Origin: Candidatus Moraniibacteriota bacterium
Lineage (GTDB): Bacteria > Patescibacteriota > Minisyncoccia > Moranbacterales > UBA1568
Assembly: GCA_016182385.1 (NCBI GenBank)
Contig: JACPGV010000002.1
Coordinates: 253,190-317,189 of the forward strand
Direction of reading: 5' to 3'
DNA length: 64,000 nucleotides
The first letter of the stretch is position 1, and every line of letters begins with the position of its first letter. Positions 49,108-57,524 of the stretch are shown in pieces. Position numbers and translations under genes: made by a program. The notes below the pieces were generated by a model. It did no database searches. It saw nothing but the letters and a program-made list of their open reading frames with translations, and was not told the DNA's origin.

Positions 49108-50760
49108 ATGTTGACACTGAAAAATATTCGAAAAATATATGGTACGAGACGAGTTCTCGAGAGAATTTCTTTTTCTCTTGGTGAAGGACAGAAGGTGGCC
49201 TTGGTCGGTCAAAATGGCGCCGGCAAATCAACTTTGCTTCGTATTATCGCTGGCAATGAATCACCTGATCGGGGAGAGGTGCAAAAACCAAACCGGGTTC
49301 TTATCGGATATCTTCCGCAAGAAATGATGGGTGAGTCTCGGGAAACACTATTGGATTATTTGCGTCGCGCGGCCGGTCTTATCGATTTGGAAGAAAAAAT
49401 GACGACCTTGGAATCGCGGCTTGAGAAGAGCGATGCTTTGACGATATATGAGGCGTATCAGGAAGAGTATCGACGTTTGGGAGGATATGACTTTGTACGT
49501 AAAGCGAAACGCGTTCTTACGGGACTGCGATTATCTTCTCTTGGACTCGATCGCCACGTAGACACTCTTTCTGGAGGAGAGAAGCGGAAAGCGGCGCTTG
49601 CCGGAGTATTGTTGCGTGGTGTTGATGTTTTGCTTCTTGACGAGCCGACCAACAATCTTGATTTGCCGGCGCTTTTGTGGCTGGAACGATATTTGAAGCG
49701 TTCCAAGGCAACCGTGATCATTGCATCGCACGATCGACGTTTTCTTGATCGTGTCGTAGAGAAAATTATTGAGATTGATTGGTACAAGCGTGAGGCGATA
49801 ATGTATGCTGGCAACTGGAGCGCTTATGCGGAAACGAAAGCACGCCTTTTCCGTAAGCTGAAAGAAGAGTATCGTTTGCAAGAAGAGGAACGATCTCGAC
49901 TGTTTGTTTCTATGGAGCAAAAAATGGATTGGGTGGAGCGTACAAAAAATAGCCGAGCGCCCGATAGAGACAAGCTTACTTCCAATTTCAAAAAAGAACG
50001 AGCGACGAAAAAATTCACCGCTTCCGCCAAAGCACTTGAAAGCAGAGAAAAACGTTTGCGCGCTGTCGACCGTCCGTTGGAGCGGCCGCCACTTATCATG
50101 CCGTTAACATTGAAAAACAAAGAGGGCGGTCGTATTGTTTTGCAAAAAGCGCGTTGTGGCTATCCGGGAGGATTTGTTTCTCAATTGATTGATCTCAAAA
50201 TTCCTTTTGGCACTCGAATAGCCTTTTTGGGCGATAATGGAGCGGGAAAATCCACGCTTCTTCAGACTGTTGCCGGTACGCTCCCTCTTGTACAAGGAAA
50301 AAGAACGTGTGGCAAAGAAGTTGTTTTCGGTTATTTGATGCAAGAACATGAGAACGTTCCATTGAAGGCCACGGTTTTTTCGTTTTTTCGTGAACGTACC
50401 GGAATGTTTGATCGGGATGTTTTTGTTGATTATTTGACACGTTACCAGTTTGCGCCGGACGTTTTGGATGATAAGGTGTGTACTTTCAGCCCCGGAGAGC
50501 GCGTGCGTTTGGTACTTTGTCTTTTGGCAATACTTGGCATGAATACGCTTCTTCTTGATGAACCGACCAATCATCTTGATCTTGAAGCGATTGAGGCGCT
50601 TGAGGAAGCACTGGAATATTTTCCTGGAACGGTTTTGCTTGTGACGCACGATCGACTTTTTCTTGAGCGTTTACGTATCGATACCTATTATTGTTTGGAA
50701 AATGGAGCGCTTTCCGTGATCGCTGATTATGCGACGTATGAAAAATCTTTTAAAATATAA
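49108..50760 (+). CDS. ABC-F family ATPase
   Basis: GQNGAGKS, LSGGE and LLLDEPTNNLD; GDNGAGKS, FSPGE and LLLDEPTNHLD. Confidence 0.93.
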   Translation: MLTLKNIRKIYGTRRVLERISFSLGEGQKVALVGQNGAGKSTLLRIIAGNESPDRGEVQKPNRVLIGYLPQEMMGESRETLLDYLRRAAGLIDLEEKMTTLESRLEKSDALTIYEAYQEEYRRLGGYDFVRKAKRVLTGLRLSSLGLDRHVDTLSGGEKRKAALAGVLLRGVDVLLLDEPTNNLDLPALLWLERYLKRSKATVIIASHDRRFLDRVVEKIIEIDWYKREAIMYAGNWSAYAETKARLFRKLKEEYRLQEEERSRLFVSMEQKMDWVERTKNSRAPDRDKLTSNFKKERATKKFTASAKALESREKRLRAVDRPLERPPLIMPLTLKNKEGGRIVLQKARCGYPGGFVSQLIDLKIPFGTRIAFLGDNGAGKSTLLQTVAGTLPLVQGKRTCGKEVVFGYLMQEHENVPLKATVFSFFRERTGMFDRDVFVDYLTRYQFAPDVLDDKVCTFSPGERVRLVLCLLAILGMNTLLLDEPTNHLDLEAIEALEEALEYFPGTVLLVTHDRLFLERLRIDTYYCLENGALSVIADYATYEKSFKI

Positions 50761-50826
50761 AAACATTCAAGGCAGAGTCAGCGTGTTGAAAATATTTTTT
50801 CATAATCGGGAAGTAAAAAGGTGAGA

Positions 50827-50855
50827 TTGACAGGAGAGGTATTTTTTTGTACGCT
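50827..50855 (+). promoter_or_regulatory. Putative sigma70 promoter
   Basis: TTGACA-N17-TACGCT ahead of the CDS at 50887. Confidence 0.55.
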
Positions 50856-50886
50856 TTATTGCACCAGATCAACGAGGAGAAGTGAG

Positions 50887-51372
50887 ATGAGGGCAAAGAC
50901 GGGTGTCGGGTTTATTCTTTCGTCCGTTGTTGACAAAGAAACGAAGTTTTTGGTTATCGAAGAACTTCGTGATAATGAAGAAATCTTTAAAAAAAGTGGA
51001 ATGATTTCATTTCCGCTTGAGACGATGGAGGAAGGAGAGTCGCCAAAGGAAACAATCTTTCGGCTTTTGGAAGAGGAGTTGGGGATTGCTTCACACGAAG
51101 TGGAAATTTCCGAAATACCAGGACAAAAATTTCGATTTTTTCCCGGAAAAAATATTGTTACGCGGTACGGATATGGTTTTTTGTTGGGCGACCCGTATCG
51201 GGCATTCACCCCCAAAGATACGGATATTCGTATTCGGGGATGGATGTCTATCGAAGAATTGAGGGGGTATGGCAATGTGCGAGTGGAAACACTCCCCATA
51301 CTCAATCATTTTGTAGCGTCTTATCGGGCGCGCTATATCGAAGGAAGACTTAGAGAGGTCTTTTTCGTATAG
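50887..51372 (+). CDS. NUDIX-fold protein (divergent Nudix box)
   Basis: SFPLETMEEGESPKETIFRLLEEELGI; GAGGAG upstream of ATG 50887. Confidence 0.7.
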   Translation: MRAKTGVGFILSSVVDKETKFLVIEELRDNEEIFKKSGMISFPLETMEEGESPKETIFRLLEEELGIASHEVEISEIPGQKFRFFPGKNIVTRYGYGFLLGDPYRAFTPKDTDIRIRGWMSIEELRGYGNVRVETLPILNHFVASYRARYIEGRLREVFFV

Positions 51373-51384
51373 TAACGTCAAGAG

Positions 51385-52227
51385 CTATACAGCGTGCTTT
51401 GAAGCGCGCTGTTTTTTCTTTAAAGAAAGAGTTGTGTGGGGAAAGTATTTTTCTAAGAAAATGTTTGAATAATTTTTTGGTGCAAATCCATTAAAGATTT
51501 CAATATTTTTGAGAGTATTTTGACGAAGAGAAAGACAGGACTGTATTTTTCCGAGGAGACCTCCGGTGACATCGACATTATGTGATGAGGAAAGTTCGCT
51601 TTGATTTTTTACATCGAAAATATTGATGTGTTCGATGAGAGCGGCGTTTTTGTGGCGGTGAGGGTCACGCGTAAAGAGACCATCGATATCGGAAGCAAAA
51701 AATATTTTTTGTGCCTTGTATTTTTGAGAAAGAAAAGCGGCGATGGTATCACCCGAACAAACGGACATACCGAGAGTCGTATCAAAAACCATTTCACCGT
51801 AGAGGAGGGGAATGCAATTCTTTTCAAGGGCAGCGGTGATGGTGTTTGTTTGAAAATTTTTTATGTTTCCGTTTTTTTGTACAATGACGGAGGCGGTGTG
51901 GCATGGTGTTAGAGGGAGTCCGCTTTTTATAAAGATACGAGCGATAATATGGTTGAGTTTTTGATTGGCTTGTTGCGACAAAAAGGCCGCGTGCCATTTT
52001 TCTTTGTCGTTTCGCGTTCCTGCGTGGAGAGCGTATCGTTTGGCAAGATGATGTCCTGCAGCGCCTGATCCGTGAAGGAGAATGAGATGAAAAGGCTTTT
52101 TGGTGCGAGCAAAAGCGAGCGAACGCGCTATTTTTTCAAGAAGCGTCTGCCGTACGGTGAGTAATTCACGGTTTTTATAGGTGACCACGCTACCGCCAAT
52201 TTTGAGTATATAGAGTGGGAGTTTCAT
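51385..52227 (-). CDS. Isopentenyl phosphate kinase (amino-acid kinase family, archaeal type)
   Basis: LKIGGSVVTYK, LLHGSGAAGH (IPK His), PLLYGE, SVCSGD, SDIDG and DVTGG..GK. Confidence 0.8.
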   Translation of the reverse strand: MKLPLYILKIGGSVVTYKNRELLTVRQTLLEKIARSLAFARTKKPFHLILLHGSGAAGHHLAKRYALHAGTRNDKEKWHAAFLSQQANQKLNHIIARIFIKSGLPLTPCHTASVIVQKNGNIKNFQTNTITAALEKNCIPLLYGEMVFDTTLGMSVCSGDTIAAFLSQKYKAQKIFFASDIDGLFTRDPHRHKNAALIEHINIFDVKNQSELSSSHNVDVTGGLLGKIQSCLSLRQNTLKNIEIFNGFAPKNYSNIFLEKYFPHTTLSLKKKQRASKHAV

Positions 52228-52313
52228 GATATTACCATACCTCTTTTTCTTATTATGTCCAAAAAAGGCTTTGGCTTGCCTCATTTATTGCTTTCCGATA
52301 TACTATCTCGTAT

Positions 52314-53993
52314 ATGAAACAGCATATCAAAATTCGTTGGCATTTTGCCCTAGTTCTTTTGTTGGGACTTGTTTCTGGATTGATCGCTTATCCGCAGGTG
52401 GTATCGTTCTTTCCTTCTTTTTATGACGCGCTCAATGTTTTTCAGGTGCACAAAGGGCTTGATTTACAAGGCGGTATTCATCTTGAGTATAAGGCGGATA
52501 CATCGAATATTGCTGATGAAAAAGTTGAAGACGCTCTTTCCGCGGCGGAAGCGGTTATTGAACGACGCGTGAACGCGTTCGGTGTTGGTGAACCGCTCGT
52601 GCAGTTATCACGTTCCGGGTCAGAGCGACGAATCATTGTTGAATTGCCGGGAATAAAAGATATTGAACAGGCGAAAAAAATGATTAAAGAGACTCCTTTT
52701 TTAGATTTTCGCGAATCGGGCAACGAAGAACAGGGGCAGCAGTTTGATGATCTTAACAAGCAAACCAAAGAAAACGCTGAAAAAATATTGCTCGCGGCGC
52801 AATTGGCGGGAAGTGATTTTTCTGCGCTTGCTAAGGAACAAAGTCAGGATCCCGGATCAAAGGAAAATGGCGGTGATCTCGGTTTTGCCAAAAGGGGAGC
52901 ATACGTTCAGGCCTTTGACGATGTTGTTTTTGGTGATGCTTTGAAGGTTGGTGAAGTGTCTCCCAATCTTGTGGAAAGTCAGTTTGGCTGGCATATCATC
53001 AAGAAACTTGAAGAGCGGGGCGAGGGTGATGATCGAGAAGTGCGGGCGGCGCATATTCTCTTTGCCAAATATTCTTTGGATCAGTTTCCGGAATTGAAAT
53101 TTTCCCCGACGGGATTATCGGGCAAACATTTGAAAGACGCCTATGTCGACTATCAAAGTCAGGGTATTGGCTCTCCGCAGATCGCTCTCCGTTTTGATGA
53201 TGAAGGAACAAGACTGTTCGCTGAAATTACCAAGCGGAATATTGGCAAACCGGTAGCTATTTTTTTGGATAAGGAAATTATCAGTCAGCCGACGGTACAA
53301 AATGAAATTGTTGCCGGTCAAGCAGTGATTACCGGGAATTTTACGATGGCGGAAGCGAATGATCTTGTGAAGCGTCTTAATGAGGGCGCGCTTCCTGTGC
53401 CGATCACACTCGTCGGTCAACAATCGGTTGATGCGTCACTTGGTGAAGTCGCGTTACAAAAAAGTCTTCTGGCCGGTCTGGTCGGACTTGGGGCGGTGGC
53501 GGTTTTTATGATGCTCTACTATCGTTTACTAGGTATCGTAGCGGTGTTTGCCCTTCTTTTGTATACGGCGATGCTTCTTGCTTTGTTCAAACTTTCCATT
53601 TTTACGCCGTTTGCTATCACCGTAACACTCTCTGGTATAGCCGGATTCATTCTTTCTATTGGTATTGCGGTAGATGCCAACGTACTTATTTTTGAGCGTA
53701 CGCGTGAAGAGCTTTCTTATGGCAAAGGGGTGATCAAATCTATTCGCGAAGGCTTTCGTCGCGCGTGGCCGAGTATTCGTGATGGACACGTCTCGACACT
53801 TATCACGACGGTTATTCTTATGGGATTTGGCACCGGCTTTGTGAAAGGTTTTGCTGTCATTCTTTCGCTTGGTGTGTTGTTGTCGCTTTTTACAGCTGTT
53901 GTTCTTGTGCGTATCACGACCACGTTTCTCGCAGGAGAGTGGATGGAACGTCACGCCGCCTTGCTTGTTTCTCCTAAAAAACCCCTTGAATAA
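52314..53993 (+). CDS. secD: Protein translocase subunit SecD with inserted parvulin PPIase domain
   Basis: GLDLQGG, RRVNAFGVGEP, IIVELPG, GALPVP and GIAVDANVLIFER; insert DFSALAKEQSQDPGSKENGGDLG..SQFGWHII. Confidence 0.95.
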   Translation: MKQHIKIRWHFALVLLLGLVSGLIAYPQVVSFFPSFYDALNVFQVHKGLDLQGGIHLEYKADTSNIADEKVEDALSAAEAVIERRVNAFGVGEPLVQLSRSGSERRIIVELPGIKDIEQAKKMIKETPFLDFRESGNEEQGQQFDDLNKQTKENAEKILLAAQLAGSDFSALAKEQSQDPGSKENGGDLGFAKRGAYVQAFDDVVFGDALKVGEVSPNLVESQFGWHIIKKLEERGEGDDREVRAAHILFAKYSLDQFPELKFSPTGLSGKHLKDAYVDYQSQGIGSPQIALRFDDEGTRLFAEITKRNIGKPVAIFLDKEIISQPTVQNEIVAGQAVITGNFTMAEANDLVKRLNEGALPVPITLVGQQSVDASLGEVALQKSLLAGLVGLGAVAVFMMLYYRLLGIVAVFALLLYTAMLLALFKLSIFTPFAITVTLSGIAGFILSIGIAVDANVLIFERTREELSYGKGVIKSIREGFRRAWPSIRDGHVSTLITTVILMGFGTGFVKGFAVILSLGVLLSLFTAVVLVRITTTFLAGEWMERHAALLVSPKKPLE

Positions 53994-53999
53994 AAATTT

Positions 54000-54896
54000 A
54001 TGCTTCAGATTATTCAAAAAAGGATATACGCATACTGGTTTTCCGGCATCCTTACCGGTGCTAGTGTAGTTGCTCTTCTTTTTTTTGGATTGAATTTTGG
54101 TATTGACTTTAAAGGGGGAACACTCATGGAAGTGCAATTTACTCTTGAAACTATACCTTCGGTAGCAGAAGTAGAACAGCGTCTTACCGATCTTTCTTTG
54201 CAGAGTCTCACTATTCAACCGACCGATGACAATGGAATGTTACTTCGGTATCTTGCTTCCGATGAAGCCGCGAATGATAACGTACTTTCCAAGTTACGAG
54301 AGCTTGACGCTGGTATCATACAGCTTCGAACGGATTTTATTGGGGGATCAGTTTCCGATCAAATCAAGAAAAACGCTCTTTCTGGAATTATCCTCTCTAT
54401 TGTCGGTATCGCTTTGTATATCGCGTGGGCGTTTCGTCGCGTATCGGGCATAGTGACTTCGTGGGAGTACGGGATGGGTGCGATTATTGCCCTCGCACAC
54501 GACATCATTATCGTCATCGGCATTTTTGTTCTTTTGGGAAAGTATTCTGGCGTTGAGATTGGTGTACCGTTTATTGCGGCGCTTCTTACTATTCTTGGTT
54601 ATTCCGTCAACGATACCATCGTCGTTTATGATCGTGTACGCGAAAACCTCCTTCGCTCGGCGAGGAAAGAAGATTTTGAAGTCATCGTTAATCGTTCTCT
54701 CAATGAGACGCTTGGGCGTTCCATCAACACATCGCTTACTGTTATTATTACTCTTGTCGCCATTGTTCTTTTTGGTGGAGAAAGTATCAAGTGGTTTGGT
54801 GTCGCTTTGCTCGCCGGAGTGACCTTTGGTACCTATTCATCTATTTATATCGCGTCCGCTCTTTTGGTGACGCGCTACAAGATGAAGACGAAATAA
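54000..54896 (+). CDS. secF: Protein translocase subunit SecF
   Basis: GIDFKGG, ALAHD, GYSVNDTIVVYDRVRE, RSINT and GTYSSIYIA. Confidence 0.96.
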   Translation: MLQIIQKRIYAYWFSGILTGASVVALLFFGLNFGIDFKGGTLMEVQFTLETIPSVAEVEQRLTDLSLQSLTIQPTDDNGMLLRYLASDEAANDNVLSKLRELDAGIIQLRTDFIGGSVSDQIKKNALSGIILSIVGIALYIAWAFRRVSGIVTSWEYGMGAIIALAHDIIIVIGIFVLLGKYSGVEIGVPFIAALLTILGYSVNDTIVVYDRVRENLLRSARKEDFEVIVNRSLNETLGRSINTSLTVIITLVAIVLFGGESIKWFGVALLAGVTFGTYSSIYIASALLVTRYKMKTK

Positions 54897-54915
54897 CGTA
54901 TAATAGAATAAAAGT

Positions 54916-55203
54916 ATGAAATGGAATCCATTTAAGAAAAAAGAAGAAGAGGTTGAATCAGTGCCCAATGTTCCCGGTATGCCCGATCCGAGCAAGATGG
55001 GAATGTTTGAGCGGATGGCGTATAAACGTTTTCTCAAGATGAGTCCCACGGAACGTGAAAAAGTGATGAAAAAAGCGCTAACGCCCAAAAATGTCGAGAA
55101 ACACAAAGGGGAGATACTGGCTTCTCTTGAGGCGATGCGCAAGAACAAACAAATTTCTGATGATCAGTATCGCTTGGCGAAAGCGAAATTCGGATTGAAA
55201 TAA
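54916..55203 (+). CDS. Hypothetical protein
   Basis: 95-aa helical ORF that fills the gap between secF and tyrS on the same strand. Confidence 0.7.
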   Translation: MKWNPFKKKEEEVESVPNVPGMPDPSKMGMFERMAYKRFLKMSPTEREKVMKKALTPKNVEKHKGEILASLEAMRKNKQISDDQYRLAKAKFGLK

Positions 55204-55208
55204 ATCAT

Positions 55209-56405
55209 ATGACACAGAGAGAACAACAAATAGAAGAACTTCTCACGCGTGGTGTTGTCGAAGTGATTGATCGTGAACATTTGCGAGCACGTCTTTTGAA
55301 GGGGGATACACTTCGTGTGAAGCTTGGCATTGATCCTACAAGCCCTAATATCCATTTGGGTCGTTCCATCCCGCTTCTGAAGTTACGCGATTTTCAGGAA
55401 CTTGGATGCCAAATCGTTTTGATCGTTGGTGATTTTACCGGAGTTATCGGTGATACGAGCGATAAAGAAAGTGAACGACCAATGCTTTCTCCTGATGTGA
55501 TCGAGAAGAATATGCAGACGTATACTGAACAGGTAGGAAAATTGATCAATCTTGAAAAGGCTGAGGTGCATTATAATTCCACGTGGTTGGAGAAGCTTCG
55601 TTATGAGGATATTGGTACGCAGGCGGACGCTTTTTCGCTCGCGGAGTTTATTGCGCGCGATAATATTCGTCGACGTCTTGACGACGGCAAACGCGTATCG
55701 CTTCGTGAAGTACTGTATCCTTTGATGCAGGGATTTGACAGTATCGCGGTAAACGCTGATGTGGAGATTGGCGGAACGGATCAACGCTTCAATTTACTCG
55801 CTGGACGAACGCTCCAGGCTCAACACGGACAAGCGCCACAAGATATTCTCATGACGAACTTAATTTTGGGTACGGATGGACGAAAAATGAGCTCAAGTTG
55901 GGGAAATACCATCAATCTTTTTGACACCCCTCAAGAGATGTTTGGTAAAGTGATGAGTATTCCCGACGAACTTATTATGGAATATCTTGTTCAGTGTACG
56001 CGCGTCTCGATGGCCGATATAGCCACGATGGCCGAAGAGATTGTTACCGGTGGTAATCCGCGTGATACCAAGGTGCGTCTTGCCAAAGAAATCGTTACAC
56101 TCTATCACGGCCAAGAAGCGGCCATGACAGCAGAAACGTATTTTGTCGAGACCTTTTCTCGAGGAGTGCTTCCGGAAAATGTTCGCGAGGTAGAAATTGA
56201 AGAAGGAATGAAAATTGTTGACGCGCTTGCGAGTGTCATGCTTGCCGCAAGCAAGTCTGATGCTCGTCGAAAAATAGAACAGGGCGGCGTCACGATTGCT
56301 GATGAAAAAATAACGGATGTGAATCAAGTGATGGAAAAACGTTTTGAGGGTAATGTGATGCGTGTCGGGAAAAAAGATTTTGTAAAAATTGTGATGAAAA
56401 AGTAA
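55209..56405 (+). CDS. tyrS: Tyrosine--tRNA ligase
   Basis: KLGIDPT..HLGR, YPLMQGFD, GGTDQ, KMSSS and a C-terminal S4 domain. Confidence 0.97.
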   Translation: MTQREQQIEELLTRGVVEVIDREHLRARLLKGDTLRVKLGIDPTSPNIHLGRSIPLLKLRDFQELGCQIVLIVGDFTGVIGDTSDKESERPMLSPDVIEKNMQTYTEQVGKLINLEKAEVHYNSTWLEKLRYEDIGTQADAFSLAEFIARDNIRRRLDDGKRVSLREVLYPLMQGFDSIAVNADVEIGGTDQRFNLLAGRTLQAQHGQAPQDILMTNLILGTDGRKMSSSWGNTINLFDTPQEMFGKVMSIPDELIMEYLVQCTRVSMADIATMAEEIVTGGNPRDTKVRLAKEIVTLYHGQEAAMTAETYFVETFSRGVLPENVREVEIEEGMKIVDALASVMLAASKSDARRKIEQGGVTIADEKITDVNQVMEKRFEGNVMRVGKKDFVKIVMKK

Positions 56406-56423
56406 AACTGTTACAATGGTATC

Positions 56424-57485
56424 ATGTTGCAAAAACGCATTATCGATATAGAGACGGAGGCCAAACAGGCACTTACCATTATCAAAACACTCCCACAGCT
56501 TGAAGAGTGGGAAGTGACGTATCTTGGTCGTAAAAGCGCCTTAAATGAGATTCTCAAAAATCTCAAAAATCTTACCACCGAAGAAAAACGTATCGTCGGA
56601 CCGCTTGGGAATGCCGTGAAACAAAGACTCTTCCAATCTCTTGCCACCGCCCGGGAAGCTTTTATGGAGCAGAGTATCGATTGGGATGCGCAGGCGATTG
56701 ACGTGACGGCTCCCGGTGTTTTTTGTCGTGATGGTCATCTGCATCCGATCACTCGTCTCACGTATGAGATCGAAGATATTTTTTCTTCACTCGGTTTTTC
56801 TCTTGCGGATGGTCCGGAAGTGGAGAGTGAGTGGTATAATTTTGACGCGCTCAATGTTCCAGCCGATCATCCGGCGCGCGACATGCAAGACACTTTTTGG
56901 CTTGCCTCATCCGAGAGTAAACAAAAAACAAGAAACAAAAAACAAGAACGGTATCTTTTGCGCACACAGACGTCGGCAGTACAGGTGCGTTATATGGAGA
57001 CACACAAGCCACCATTCCGTATTATTATTCCGGGACGTATTTTCAGAAATGAAGCGACGGACGTTTCGCATGAGCATACGTTTCATCAGTTTGAGTGTTT
57101 GATGGTGGATGAACCAGGTAAGGTATCCGTGGCAACTTTCAAGTATATCGCTGAAACATTTTTCAGTTCATTTTTCGGAAAAAAGGTGAATGTCCGCTTA
57201 CGTCCGAGTTTTTTTCCTTTTACGGAGCCGTCGTTTGAGTTTGATATCAGCTGTGTTTTGTGTGGGGCTTCGGGGTGTCCTGTTTGCAAACAATCCGGAT
57301 GGTTGGAAATAGGTGGCGCAGGTATGGTACATCAGAAAGTTTTTGAGGCGGCAGGATACAAGCGTGGTCAGTATCAGGGATTTGCTTGGGGATTCGGATT
57401 GACGCGCTTAGCGATGATGAAGTACAAGATTACCGATATTCGTCTTTTGATGAGTGGCGATTTGCGGTTTATCAGACAGTTTTAA
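56424..57485 (+). CDS. pheS: Phenylalanine--tRNA ligase alpha subunit
   Basis: GHLHP, HPARDMQDTF, LRTQTS, FPFTEPS and GFAWGFG. Confidence 0.97.
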   Translation: MLQKRIIDIETEAKQALTIIKTLPQLEEWEVTYLGRKSALNEILKNLKNLTTEEKRIVGPLGNAVKQRLFQSLATAREAFMEQSIDWDAQAIDVTAPGVFCRDGHLHPITRLTYEIEDIFSSLGFSLADGPEVESEWYNFDALNVPADHPARDMQDTFWLASSESKQKTRNKKQERYLLRTQTSAVQVRYMETHKPPFRIIIPGRIFRNEATDVSHEHTFHQFECLMVDEPGKVSVATFKYIAETFFSSFFGKKVNVRLRPSFFPFTEPSFEFDISCVLCGASGCPVCKQSGWLEIGGAGMVHQKVFEAAGYKRGQYQGFAWGFGLTRLAMMKYKITDIRLLMSGDLRFIRQF

Positions 57486-57524
57486 TACTTTTCATGAATA
57501 GACGTTGAAAGTAAGTGATTTTCT

